Assembly (NCBI GenBank): GCA_947478395.1
Contig: CANJVR010000004.1
Span: 1-64,000, forward strand
Length of the DNA: 64,000 nt
Origin: Opitutia bacterium
GTDB lineage: Bacteria; Verrucomicrobiota; Verrucomicrobiia; Opitutales; Opitutaceae
Direction of reading: 5' to 3'
Shown here: one piece after another, positions 18,508-28,147 of the stretch
How the letters are laid out: each line of letters begins with the position of its first letter
Position numbering within the stretch: position 1 is the stretch's first letter
The notes under the pieces: model-generated
What the model saw: the letters and a program-made list of their open reading frames with translations, nothing else
The model's database searches: none
Told to the model about the DNA's origin: nothing
Translations under genes and position numbers: made by a program

Positions 18508-19116
18508 ATGTCCGATCCCGCTCCTGACAAATCAGCCGAAAAACCGGCACCCGCAGCTGGTAAATCTGCTGGCGGCATGCTCCCGACGATTATCGCGGTG
18601 GTGCTGGCGCCGGCTCTTTCTTGGGCGGTCGTAAATTTTATGCTCATCCCGAAGCTGACGGCTGACATCAAGAGCCAGCTCACGGTCGCTATGGCTCAAG
18701 CCAGCAAGCATGATGGCAGTGAAGCCGGAGCGGATCATGAAGCGGATGCAAAAGCCGACGAGGGTGGACATGCGCCCAAGGCCGAAGCCGGTGGACATGG
18801 CGGCAAAGAAAAAGTGGAAGTCCGTCCTAAATTTGAAAATCTCACGGTCAACATATCCGGCACCCAAGGCACTCGCTACCTCAAGGTCACTTTTAACGTG
18901 GTCGGTAAAAACGACGCGGCTAATAAAAAGATCGATGCAAAGTACGCGGAGTTGGTCGACACGACCCTCACGATCCTCGCCAGTCTGACCATGCCCGAGC
19001 TCGATGAACCGAGCAGCAAGACGGTGGTCCGCGGACGCCTCGTGGCCGCTTTCAACGATTTGCTCAAAGCTCCCTTGGTCGATCAGGTGTTCTTCTCTGA
19101 CTTCGTGGTGCAGTAA
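18508..19116 (+). CDS. fliL: Flagellar basal body-associated protein FliL
   Basis: N-terminal TM, VNISGTQGTRYLKV, C-terminal FFSDFVVQ. Confidence 0.9.
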   Translation: MSDPAPDKSAEKPAPAAGKSAGGMLPTIIAVVLAPALSWAVVNFMLIPKLTADIKSQLTVAMAQASKHDGSEAGADHEADAKADEGGHAPKAEAGGHGGKEKVEVRPKFENLTVNISGTQGTRYLKVTFNVVGKNDAANKKIDAKYAELVDTTLTILASLTMPELDEPSSKTVVRGRLVAAFNDLLKAPLVDQVFFSDFVVQ

Positions 19117-20069
19117 TGACGGCTGAATCCCAGACTGAACCCCCGGTAGCTGCCACGCTGCTCGATTCCCTTGGTAACCGCGTGGCGGCCGAGGCCTTCC
19201 CGGCTGTGCGCAACTACGACTTCCGCAACCCGGTGATGTTGACGGAGGGCCAGTTGGCCCAGCTGCGTGAATTGCAAACGCAGTTTGCCCGGCAGCTGGC
19301 GACGCGCCTATCCCTCGTGCTCAAACTGGAGTGCGTGCTGGGTAAAGTCGGATTCTCCGAGTCCACCTTCGCTGAATTTCGCGGTCAAATTTCTGAGCGC
19401 TCGTATAACTGCACCTTTAAAGCCGAGCCCTTGCGTGGACTAGGCCAGATGACCCTGCCGGCGGCCTTGGCTTCCACCGTGGTGGATCGGCTCCTCGGTG
19501 GTCCTGGCGTGGCGCAGACCGTCGAGCGGGAACTGACCGAAATCGAGTGTGCTTTGCTGGATGATATGATGGCCCAGGTGGTCGAAGAATGGTTTAGCCA
19601 GTGGGGCTATGAAGTGCCCTTGCAGCCGATGATTCTCGGCGGCCAGCGTTTTTCGGGCTTCATGCAAAGCTCCTCCAAGACGGCGTCATTTGTGAATCTT
19701 AGCATCGAGATGACACTCGGTGGGGCCACGGGCCTGCTGTCGCTGTGTGTGCCCGAGGTGATGGTTGAGCCGCTGCTCCGCTCGTTCCAGGCGCGCCAGG
19801 AAAAAATGCAACCGGACAAACCGGTCGTGCGTGAACCCAGCTGGCATCCGGCTTTTGAAGATGTGATGGTTCCGATCACCGCCTATTGGAACGCGTTCAA
19901 CCTTTCCCTCGCCGAACTCTCTAATCTCGAAATCGGATCGGTCCTCCCGCTCCCGGTGAGTATTTTGGAGCAGACCTCAATTATGGTGGGTGCGGATGAA
20001 AAATTTATCGGCACCATTGGGATCGAGGGCGAACGTATCGCTGTTTCCATCACCGCCGTCTCACGTTAA
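19116..20069 (+). CDS. fliM: Flagellar motor switch protein FliM
   Basis: YDFRNP, VDRLLGGPG, RELTEIE, C-terminal SpoA-like domain. Confidence 0.9.
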   Translation: MTAESQTEPPVAATLLDSLGNRVAAEAFPAVRNYDFRNPVMLTEGQLAQLRELQTQFARQLATRLSLVLKLECVLGKVGFSESTFAEFRGQISERSYNCTFKAEPLRGLGQMTLPAALASTVVDRLLGGPGVAQTVERELTEIECALLDDMMAQVVEEWFSQWGYEVPLQPMILGGQRFSGFMQSSSKTASFVNLSIEMTLGGATGLLSLCVPEVMVEPLLRSFQARQEKMQPDKPVVREPSWHPAFEDVMVPITAYWNAFNLSLAELSNLEIGSVLPLPVSILEQTSIMVGADEKFIGTIGIEGERIAVSITAVSR

Positions 20070-20089
20070 CCTTTCGCCTTACTTACCAA

Positions 20090-20338
20090 ATGGACAACAA
20101 ATCTCTCGACCTCGTTTTGGATATCAAGGTGAACGTCGCCGTGCAGCTCGGTTCCTGTGAACTGCCCATGCGCGAAGTGCTCGCGCTCGCTCCCGGCACC
20201 ATTTTGCAACTGGCCCAAAAAGCCAATGAACCGGTTTCTCTCCACGTGAACCAAAAGCTCGTCGCTCGAGGCGAAGTGGTCTTGGTCGGCGATAGTTTTG
20301 GTATTCGTGTCACCGAATTCGTGGGTCGCGCCAAATGA
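20090..20338 (+). CDS. fliN: Flagellar motor switch protein FliN
   Basis: LDLVLDI.V.V.VQLG, VARGEVVLVGDSFGIRVTE. Confidence 0.95.
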   Translation: MDNKSLDLVLDIKVNVAVQLGSCELPMREVLALAPGTILQLAQKANEPVSLHVNQKLVARGEVVLVGDSFGIRVTEFVGRAK

Positions 20339-20757
20339 GCCGTTTCAATCGGAGCAAAGTCTCTCGTCGTTTGATCGGCATCGCTGCGCTCGGGTTTTTC
20401 CTATCCAGCGGACGGCTTTGGGGGGCGGCCGCCGCGCCCCGTTCGGCCGATACCGTAATTTTCCCTCAGCCGGTGGAGCAGGGTCCGGTGCGGCCCGCGA
20501 GTACGCCTTCGACGTCGTACGTGGTATTCGTGGCGCTTTGTCTCGGGGGCGGGGCCTGGCTTTGGTTTCGCGCCAAAGGCAAGGGCCGCAGCTTGAAAAG
20601 CGCCGGTTCAGAAATCTCCATTGATGAAACTCGGCCACTCGGCAATCGGCAGTACCTCGTACTGACATCGTGCCGCGGCCGTTCTTTTCTCGTGGGCGTC
20701 AGCCAAGGCCGCATCGATGTGATTTCAGAAGTTCCCCCCTCCGAAACGGCCCCATGA
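20335..20757 (+). CDS. fliO: Flagellar biosynthesis protein FliO
   Basis: TM then IDETRPLGNRQYLVL...FLVGVS. Confidence 0.85.
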   Translation: MSRFNRSKVSRRLIGIAALGFFLSSGRLWGAAAAPRSADTVIFPQPVEQGPVRPASTPSTSYVVFVALCLGGGAWLWFRAKGKGRSLKSAGSEISIDETRPLGNRQYLVLTSCRGRSFLVGVSQGRIDVISEVPPSETAP

Positions 20758-21587
20758 ATCTGACTCGGCCACGGTACCTGCGTTTTCCGATTTTATTTGT
20801 TTTTAGCGCTTTGATTTTCGCTTCGGGCCTGTTGCAGGCTCAGACGAATCCAACGGCGGTAACTCCGACTCCAGCCCCGAACTCCGCGGTGGCGCCGGCG
20901 ACTTCGACCCCGGCGCCTTGGCGACTGGCGGTGAATTTAGAAGGGGCGGAAAAGCCCGGCGAGATCAGCGTGGGCTTGCAGATCGTCGTGGTCATGACGC
21001 TGCTTTCGCTGGCGCCTACGCTGGTGATGCTGATGACCAGTTTCACGCGCATCGTGGTGGTGCTCGGATTTCTGCGCACCGCCATGGGCCTGCCCAACGC
21101 GCCTTCGAATCAAATCATCACCGGGCTCGCGCTCTTCCTTACGTTATTTGTGATGGGACCCACCTTTGAAAAGGTGAACAGCGACGCCTTGCAGCCTTAT
21201 CTCGCGGGTAAACTGGCCTCCGGACCCGCGCTCGAGGCCGCGAGCGAACCGGTGAAGGGTTTCATGCTCAGGCAGACGCGCACCCGTGACATCGAGTTTT
21301 TCCTGAAGCTGGGACGTTTCCCGCCGACGAAGGTGCAGGATTTGCCCCTGCGTGTGGTCGTGCCGGCGTTCGTGATCAGTGAGCTACAGACCTCTTTCCA
21401 GATGGGCTTTTTTCTTTTTCTGCCGTTCCTGGTGATCGATCTGTTGGTGTCCACCATCTTGATGTCGCTAGGTATGATGATGATGCCTCCGGCCGTCGTG
21501 GCCCTGCCTTTTAAGCTCCTGCTTTTTGTCCTGGTCGATGGCTGGCAGTTGGTCGTGAAAAGCTTAGTGGAAAGTTTTAACGTTTAA
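20754..21587 (+). CDS. fliP: Flagellar export gate protein FliP
   Basis: MTSFTRIVVVL..LRTAMG, PSNQ, PAFVISEL, LGMMMMPP, PFKLLLFVLVDGW. Confidence 0.97.
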   Translation: MNLTRPRYLRFPILFVFSALIFASGLLQAQTNPTAVTPTPAPNSAVAPATSTPAPWRLAVNLEGAEKPGEISVGLQIVVVMTLLSLAPTLVMLMTSFTRIVVVLGFLRTAMGLPNAPSNQIITGLALFLTLFVMGPTFEKVNSDALQPYLAGKLASGPALEAASEPVKGFMLRQTRTRDIEFFLKLGRFPPTKVQDLPLRVVVPAFVISELQTSFQMGFFLFLPFLVIDLLVSTILMSLGMMMMPPAVVALPFKLLLFVLVDGWQLVVKSLVESFNV

Positions 21588-21592
21588 CGGCT

Positions 21593-21862
21593 ATGACTCC
21601 CGAAGCCGCGATCGATATTCTAAAAGAAGTCATCATTTTCGCGATGATGGTGTGCAGTCCCTTTCTGATCGGGATGCTCATCGTCGGTTTGATTACGAGT
21701 ATCTTTCAATCGGCGACGAGTATCCAGGAGCAGACGTTGACGTTTGGTCCGAAGTTGGTCGCGGGGGGCGCCTTATTTGTGCTGCTAGCGCCGTGGTTAG
21801 TCAGAGTGATGAGCGAGTTTACCATCGGCTGTTTTGCGCGCATGGCTAATTTGGGTAATTAA
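21593..21862 (+). CDS. fliQ: Flagellar export gate protein FliQ
   Basis: FQSATSIQEQTLTFGPK. Confidence 0.95.
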   Translation: MTPEAAIDILKEVIIFAMMVCSPFLIGMLIVGLITSIFQSATSIQEQTLTFGPKLVAGGALFVLLAPWLVRVMSEFTIGCFARMANLGN

Positions 21863-21881
21863 GCCTCGGAGGAAAATCCTC

Positions 21882-22646
21882 ATGCTACTTTGGATCATTG
21901 CATGGGTTTTGATCAGCTTGCGGTCCTTGGGGGTCATTGCCTCGTTGCCCTCTCCTGGCGGCGGTAATCTCCCCGTGCGTATACGGGTCGCACTGAGCAT
22001 GATGTTGGCGGTGTTGCTCGTCGGAGTGGTGCCGTTACCCGTGGAGCTTGAGCGGGCGGATGCCATGCAACTGGCGCTGGCGGCGATCAGCGAAATTTTA
22101 CTGGGCTTTGCGATGGGCTTAGTCGTGCGTGCGGCCTTTTCGATCACCGCTTTGGGCGGCCGCTTGATCGCCAATGAGATTGGGCTTAATTCACCGCCCG
22201 GTTTTGATGTGCCGGTGCCGGCGCAGGAGCCGCTGCCGGCCCTAATCACGGCTTTTGCCGGAGTGATGTTTTTCGGCTTGGGCGTGCATCACGATATGTT
22301 GGCGGCATTTTCCCGTAGCTTTGAGTTTTCGCCGCTGGGTACTTACACCCTCACCTCGGTCGCGCTGGAGCGGATGATCAAGGTAACCTCGAATATTTTG
22401 GCGGTGGGCCTGCGGATTGCCGCACCGTTTATCGCGCTGAGTTTTATCATTAATTTGGCATTTAGTATTTTGGGTAAAGCGGTGCCTCGCATGAATGTGT
22501 TCATCGCCAGTATTTCCGTGCGGCTTTGGGGTGGCTTGTTGCTGTTGTCGGGCTTTGGCGCGCTGTTGTTGCGCAACTTGGATCCGCTTTGGCAGGCGTT
22601 ACCGTGGGATATGTTAGAGGTCAGTTTGCGCTCCGCTCGACCCTGA
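21882..22646 (+). CDS. fliR: Flagellar export gate protein FliR
   Basis: EILLGFAMG, LGKAVPRMNVF; GGAGG RBS before ATG 21882. Confidence 0.92.
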   Translation: MLLWIIAWVLISLRSLGVIASLPSPGGGNLPVRIRVALSMMLAVLLVGVVPLPVELERADAMQLALAAISEILLGFAMGLVVRAAFSITALGGRLIANEIGLNSPPGFDVPVPAQEPLPALITAFAGVMFFGLGVHHDMLAAFSRSFEFSPLGTYTLTSVALERMIKVTSNILAVGLRIAAPFIALSFIINLAFSILGKAVPRMNVFIASISVRLWGGLLLLSGFGALLLRNLDPLWQALPWDMLEVSLRSARP

Positions 22647-22654
22647 ACATAGAA

Positions 22655-22773
22655 GGGTAAAAAATGCCGGTCTTTAGGCCCTTTTTCACCGGTAGTTTTG
22701 GCGGTAATTTTTTCTTAAAATACTTACAAACAATGCTTTGCTAGTATTGTTTTAAAATGGCGCTCAAATTGCT
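22655..22773 (+). promoter_or_regulatory. Sigma54 promoter module of flhB operon
   Basis: UAS-like GGGTA-AAAAA-TGCCG (22655-22669), second half-site 22702-22716, IHF-like AAACAATGCTTTG (22728-22740), TGGCGC-TCAAA-TTGCT (22758-22773). Confidence 0.7.
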
Positions 22774-22785
22774 TATGCGTGGGGA

Positions 22786-23892
22786 GTGAGCGCAGAAGAT
22801 CAAGATTCAAAAACAGAAGCACCTTCAGCGAAGCGGCTTTCAGAAGCCCATTCCAAAGGGCAGTTTGCGCGTGCCCCGGAGCTCACCTTGGCCTTCACGT
22901 TGGGGGCGGCCTTATTCAGTCTCGGGCTCGCGGCCCGGGAAGCATCGGACAAGGTCGCGCGGTTGGCGGTAGCCGTCTTTGGTCGCCTGGGCGAGTTGCG
23001 CGTGCAGGGGGATGAGGTTCCGGCCGTGGCCGTGTTGGCGATGTCGACGTTTGTTACCGTGGCTTTGCCGGTGGTGATGGCGACGGCCCTGGCCGCAATA
23101 TTAGCAGGCGGCATCCAGAGCGGGTTTCAGCTCACGCCCGAGGCAATGCAGCCCAACTTTGAGCGCTTTAATCCCATCGATGGTTTGGCCCGAATTTTCT
23201 CCGGAAAAATTTGGGTTACCGCCTCGCTGGATTTGTTAAAGGTCGTCGCGGTTTTTGGGTGTCTGGCCGCCGCGACGAGCAAGATTTTTACCGATGTGAT
23301 TTTCTCGGCTCCGGTCGAAACCTTGTATCTGGCCAATTTCATGCACACCAGCGCGATGTCGCTGATGTGGAGGTTTCTAGGTGCGATTGCGGTGATTGCG
23401 GCGTTCAGCTACGCGTACGAACTTTATAAGGCGAATCAGGAGCTCATGATGTCGCGTCAGGAAGTAAAGGACGAGCGCTCGCAAAGTGACGGTAATCCGT
23501 TGGTCAAAGCTGCGATGCGTCGGCTTGCGCGTCGCCTGCTGCAAAAACAAATGATGGATGCGGTTCCGACCGCCGACGTGATCGTGGCGAATCCGACCCA
23601 CTTTGCGGTCGCGCTCCGATACGAGCGGGGTTCGGATGCGGCTCCGGTGATCGTCGCCAAGGGCGAGGATCGCAATGCACTTCGCATCAAAGAATTAGCT
23701 GCTCAACACGGCGTGCCAATCGTGGAAAATCGGCCGGTTGCCCGCTTGCTGTATGCGACCGGCAAGGTGGGGCAGCCTATACCGCAAGAAATGTTTGAAG
23801 CGGTCGCCGAGATTCTCGCCTTCGTTTACCGCACGTATCGCTATTATTATTTTACCCTGCCGAGCCGTCGGGCGGCGGCGCTTCCTAACTAG
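22786..23892 (+). CDS. flhB: Flagellar export switch protein FlhB
   Basis: KTEAPS.KRL..A..KGQ, NPTH autocleavage motif, VAKG. Confidence 0.97.
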   Translation: MSAEDQDSKTEAPSAKRLSEAHSKGQFARAPELTLAFTLGAALFSLGLAAREASDKVARLAVAVFGRLGELRVQGDEVPAVAVLAMSTFVTVALPVVMATALAAILAGGIQSGFQLTPEAMQPNFERFNPIDGLARIFSGKIWVTASLDLLKVVAVFGCLAAATSKIFTDVIFSAPVETLYLANFMHTSAMSLMWRFLGAIAVIAAFSYAYELYKANQELMMSRQEVKDERSQSDGNPLVKAAMRRLARRLLQKQMMDAVPTADVIVANPTHFAVALRYERGSDAAPVIVAKGEDRNALRIKELAAQHGVPIVENRPVARLLYATGKVGQPIPQEMFEAVAEILAFVYRTYRYYYFTLPSRRAAALPN

Positions 23893-23897
23893 TCACC

Positions 23898-26021
23898 ATG
23901 GCTTCAGCCGCTCCAATTTCTGCTAAGACCTTTACCAGCCAACTCATGGGCCGGGCGGACCTGCTGTTTACGGTGGGCTTGTTTGGCACGATCATGCTTT
24001 TGGTTTTGCCGGTGCCTTCCATGGTGATGGATATGCTCCTGGCGCTCAGCGTCGCCAGTTCGTTGCTGATCATGTTGGTCGTCATTTATGTCCGGCAACC
24101 GGTGGAATTTTCCGCGTTCCCGACGGTGCTCTTAGGGCTGACGCTTTTTCGATTAGCTTTAAATATTTGCTCAACGCGCTTGGTGCTCACTCGCGGTGAG
24201 GCCGGTCATATTATCGACGCGTTCGGCAAGATCGTGATTCAGGGCAATTACGTGGTCGGCTTCGTCGTTTTCTTGATCTTGGTCGTCATCAACTTCGTCG
24301 TCATTACCAAGGGCGCGGGTCGTATCGCGGAAGTGTCGGCGCGTTTTACCCTGGATGCATTGCCGGGTAAGCAGATGGCGATTGATGCGGAACTCAACGC
24401 GGGTGCGATTGATGAGCCCACGGCCACCGCGCGCCGCTTAAAATTGCAACGGGAGGCGGATTTCTACGGTGCGATGGATGGCTCCTCCAAATTTGTGCGC
24501 GGCGAGGCAGTCGCAGGCATTCTGATTACATTGGTTAATATTTTGGGCGGTTTCATGATCGGGGTGTTGCAGATGGATTTGTCGCTGATGGAGGCGCTCC
24601 AGAAATTCACGCTCCTCTCGATTGGTGATGGTCTGGTGACGCAAATCCCGGCCCTCGTGATTTCGGTCTCGGCTGGTTTGCTCGTGACGCGCGCGGCCGA
24701 TAATGGGGATCTAGGCCAACAAGTGGGCGGGCAATTGATCCGCTACCCGATCGCGCTCAAGATTGTGGGTGCGGTGATGTTGTTGATGGGTCTCATGCCT
24801 GGCCTGCCTTTGATTCCGCTCGGTTTGATGGGAGGATTTTTCCTTTATATTGGTTACAAGCTTCCGGCCGTCGCGGCTGAGGTGGACCCCGTCCCAAAGA
24901 GTGCCGCGGAAAAAGCCAAGGAGAAGGAAGCTGCGCCGCCGAAGAGTGGATCGATCGAGGAAGTCCGTCGCTTGATCGACGTGGATGTCTTTGCGGTCGA
25001 AGTCGGGTTTGGCCTCGTGGGCCTGGCGGATCAAAAGCAAGGCGGCGATCTTCCTGCCCGTATCACGGGCGTGCGCAAAACCTTGGCGCGAGAACTCGGG
25101 GTCATCGTGCCCCAGGTGGCCGTGCGCGACAATCTGGAGCTAGCGAGTGGGGAATATCGTTTTCTGTTGCGGGGCCGTCAGGTCGGCCGCGGTTCGCTGA
25201 TGATGGGTCGCTGGATGGCGATGAATGTCTCTGGCAGTCGGGTGCAGTTGCGCGGTATCGCCTGTCAGGAACCGGTCTTTGGTCTGGCGGCGGTTTGGAT
25301 CGAGGAAGCGGAGAAGAAAAACGCCGAGATCAACGGGTACTCCGTGGTCGATTGCGCCTCGATTATCGTCACGCATTTATCCGAAGTCTTGAAAACTCAT
25401 TCGCATCTGTTGCTCGGACGTCAGGACGTTCAGGCTTTGATCGATCACGTGAAGCAGTCCCATCCCGCGCTGGTGAGCGAGTTGCTGCCGGATCTGGTCA
25501 ACCTCGGTATTATTCAGCGCGTGTTGCAGAACTTACTGCGCGAAAATGTGCCGATCCTTAACCTGCCGCTGATTCTGGAAGGGATCGCGGATTATGCGTC
25601 TTTGAGTAAGAATCCGGATGATCTGAGCGAACTCGTGCGCCGGCGTTTGGGGCCATATTTCGTCCCGTTGCTGGAATCAGCGCCGGGCACGGTGCGGGCA
25701 TTAACCTTGGATCCGCGGCTGGAAAAAGAGCTGGGTACGAAAATTCATCGGACCGCGGCTGATTTTGGCCTCGCCCTCGATCCGAGCCTGAGCGCGCACC
25801 TGCTTGAGGCCATCAACACGAAACAAGCGCTCTTTGCCGCGGGTGGCAGCGCGCCGTGTCTGGTCGTTGGGGCAGAGCTCCGACTGGCCTTGCGGCGTTT
25901 CCTTGAAACGACGTTCCCGCGTCTCACCGTCGTTTCGTTCCAAGAAATACCGGGAACTTTCCAGATTGAAAACGTGGGTATCATTTCTGCTCCCGCCGTG
26001 ACGGAGCGGGTTGCGGCTTAA
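23898..26021 (+). CDS. flhA: Flagellar export protein FlhA
   Basis: KGAGRIAEVSARFTLDALPGKQMAIDAELN, FYGAMDGSSKFV, GDGLVTQIP. Confidence 0.98.
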   Translation: MASAAPISAKTFTSQLMGRADLLFTVGLFGTIMLLVLPVPSMVMDMLLALSVASSLLIMLVVIYVRQPVEFSAFPTVLLGLTLFRLALNICSTRLVLTRGEAGHIIDAFGKIVIQGNYVVGFVVFLILVVINFVVITKGAGRIAEVSARFTLDALPGKQMAIDAELNAGAIDEPTATARRLKLQREADFYGAMDGSSKFVRGEAVAGILITLVNILGGFMIGVLQMDLSLMEALQKFTLLSIGDGLVTQIPALVISVSAGLLVTRAADNGDLGQQVGGQLIRYPIALKIVGAVMLLMGLMPGLPLIPLGLMGGFFLYIGYKLPAVAAEVDPVPKSAAEKAKEKEAAPPKSGSIEEVRRLIDVDVFAVEVGFGLVGLADQKQGGDLPARITGVRKTLARELGVIVPQVAVRDNLELASGEYRFLLRGRQVGRGSLMMGRWMAMNVSGSRVQLRGIACQEPVFGLAAVWIEEAEKKNAEINGYSVVDCASIIVTHLSEVLKTHSHLLLGRQDVQALIDHVKQSHPALVSELLPDLVNLGIIQRVLQNLLRENVPILNLPLILEGIADYASLSKNPDDLSELVRRRLGPYFVPLLESAPGTVRALTLDPRLEKELGTKIHRTAADFGLALDPSLSAHLLEAINTKQALFAAGGSAPCLVVGAELRLALRRFLETTFPRLTVVSFQEIPGTFQIENVGIISAPAVTERVAA

Positions 26022-26025
26022 TCCC

Positions 26026-27057
26026 ATGGCGACGCCCTCTCCAAGCTCTGCAAAGCCCGGAACCTACCGGTTTATCGTCCGCTCCGTTAATGAAGCCGTC
26101 TTGGTTTTGAAAGCGCAGCTGGGCTCGGAGGCGCGCGTCCTCTCGGTGCGGCCTTTCCGGCAATCGTTGATCAAACGCATTTTTGGCGGGGCGAAGCTCG
26201 AGGTAATCGCGGAGCTGGCGGCGCCCGAGCCGGCGATTGAGCCTGCGCTGGCGGCGCCGGTGCCGGGAGTATTGGGGGCCCTTTATGGTTCGTCCATGGT
26301 CGCCCGGTCGGCCCGTCCCGTTGATTTGCGCGCCGCGTTAAAAGGAGCGGGTTTCTCCGAGCACCTTTTGTGGCGCGTTGAATCCGAGCGGCGTTGGTCG
26401 ATCTCTGGTGATAAGTCCTTGGGGGACGCGCTCGCTGATTTTGTGCGCGAATTGCGGCAGTTGGTCATGACGTTTCCGCCGGTACCGCTTTCGGATCGGG
26501 TCGCGTTTATCAGTAATTCCCACGCGGATAAAGCGCTCGCCCTTGGGCAATGGCTCACTTGGGAAGTGTTTAAACAGGGCACTCAGTGCCGGGTGTGTCA
26601 TGTGGAATTTGGCCGCCCCAATCCCTGTCTTGAGCTTGAAGTGTTTTGCGATGCGGTCGGCGTCGGGTTGACGCACTATTCGGCCGATATTGCCCCTCGT
26701 CACGATGGCGTGAGGGTTTACTGGGATGTCCCGAGTGTCGGCCCCGGCACGGGCACTGAAACGCAACAGCTTTCCGAATTGCTAAAAAAACAGGCGATCG
26801 AGACGCGCGTCCTGGTCTTGAACGCGGCTTACGAGCTCGAAAGCCTGCGATCCGGACTCGCTTTGGGTCGCTCGCTCGGAGCGACGCACATTGTTCTTAC
26901 GCACATCGATGAGGCTAAGGATGTGGGTAAATTATGGGAAATTTTACTCGAGGGGGAAATGCGTCCGCTTTTCTTCTCGCATGATGGTAACTTGCTTGGC
27001 CCCATCGGAGTCGATCCGCTCGATCTGTTGGTCAATAAAGCTCTAGGAAAGTGCTGA
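26026..27057 (+). CDS. flhF: FlhF-like SRP-family protein with degenerate GTPase motifs
   Basis: N-terminal FlhF B-domain pattern (EAV..LKAQLGSEARVLSVR), follows flhA, THIDE at the TKLDE position. Confidence 0.75.
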   Translation: MATPSPSSAKPGTYRFIVRSVNEAVLVLKAQLGSEARVLSVRPFRQSLIKRIFGGAKLEVIAELAAPEPAIEPALAAPVPGVLGALYGSSMVARSARPVDLRAALKGAGFSEHLLWRVESERRWSISGDKSLGDALADFVRELRQLVMTFPPVPLSDRVAFISNSHADKALALGQWLTWEVFKQGTQCRVCHVEFGRPNPCLELEVFCDAVGVGLTHYSADIAPRHDGVRVYWDVPSVGPGTGTETQQLSELLKKQAIETRVLVLNAAYELESLRSGLALGRSLGATHIVLTHIDEAKDVGKLWEILLEGEMRPLFFSHDGNLLGPIGVDPLDLLVNKALGKC

Positions 27058-27062
27058 CCCGT

Positions 27063-27329
27063 ATGCGTTATATTTTTTTGGTATCTGGCTTTATTTTTTT
27101 CACGATGGTTTTCCTCGCCGGCCTGTGGGCCGAGCGGACGTTTGCCTTGGTGGTGCGCGACGCTTGCATTGGTGCCGTCGTGGGCGGGCTTGCCGGCCAG
27201 TGGTTTTGGAACCACGTACTGGACGCGATGCGGGTCACCATCGCCGTCAAACGGGCCGCCATGGACGTGGCGGCTAAGGCGAAGCGTCAGAAAAAAGCTG
27301 AGGCCGTGGCCAACAAGGTCAGGAAATGA
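27063..27329 (+). CDS. Small two-TM hypothetical protein with basic tail
   Basis: Two hydrophobic segments; fills the gap between flhF and fliA (alternative GTG at 27051). Confidence 0.65.
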   Translation: MRYIFLVSGFIFFTMVFLAGLWAERTFALVVRDACIGAVVGGLAGQWFWNHVLDAMRVTIAVKRAAMDVAAKAKRQKKAEAVANKVRK

Positions 27330-27356
27330 ACCTGCTGATTAACCTAGGGTAACACC

Positions 27357-28139
27357 ATGGACACCTTTTCTTCGCCCAAAAACAGCACGCCGCCGATCAC
27401 GCCTTTAGCGTACAAGGCGTACCAGCAGACGCCGGGAGCTTCGACGGCTCTCGTCGAGGAGCATTTGCCCTTGGTGCGACAAGTGGTTGGCCGCATTAAG
27501 ATGAGTCTGCCGCCGCACATTGATTCCGATGATCTTAATTCGGTGGGGGTCATGGGTCTGATCGCGGCCTCCCAGCGTTATGTCCCGCAGGAGGGAAGAA
27601 CCTTTGCCGGCTACGCGTACACGAAAATTCGTGGGGCCATCTTGGACGAGCTGAGGCGGCTCGATTGGTGCCCCCGCCGCACTCGGGCCAAGGCGCGCAA
27701 ATTGAAGGACGCCATCGCGGAGCTCGAGCAAAAGCACCAGCGCGGCGTAACCGATGAAGAAGTTCAGCGGCACCTGCAACTTTCCCCGGAGGAGTATGAG
27801 CAGTGGCTGCAAGAATCTAGTCCGGTAACGTTTATCAACATCGATGCCTCGGCGCATGATGCCTCCGACGGCTTCGCCTTACATGAGACAATTGCCGATG
27901 AAAATCTTGAACCCGCTTCCGCTGGCATCGAGCGAGCTGAGTTATGGCGCCTGGTGGCGGATCGGATTGAAACGCTACCCGACACGCAGAAAAAAGTGCT
28001 AGCGCTGTACCATTTCGAAGGGTTGCGGCTGGCTGAAATCGCCGAGGCGATGGATTTGACCGAAGCCCGGATCAGCCAGATCCACACTCAGGCGATCTTG
28101 GCGCTGCGTAGTTTCGTTGAACGTAATCAAAATAAATAG
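27357..28139 (+). CDS. fliA: RNA polymerase sigma28 factor FliA
   Basis: DDL.SVG.MGL, IRGAILDELRRLDW.PR, L.EIA..M.LTEARISQIH. Confidence 0.96.
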   Translation: MDTFSSPKNSTPPITPLAYKAYQQTPGASTALVEEHLPLVRQVVGRIKMSLPPHIDSDDLNSVGVMGLIAASQRYVPQEGRTFAGYAYTKIRGAILDELRRLDWCPRRTRAKARKLKDAIAELEQKHQRGVTDEEVQRHLQLSPEEYEQWLQESSPVTFINIDASAHDASDGFALHETIADENLEPASAGIERAELWRLVADRIETLPDTQKKVLALYHFEGLRLAEIAEAMDLTEARISQIHTQAILALRSFVERNQNK

Positions 28140-28147
28140 GTGATCCC

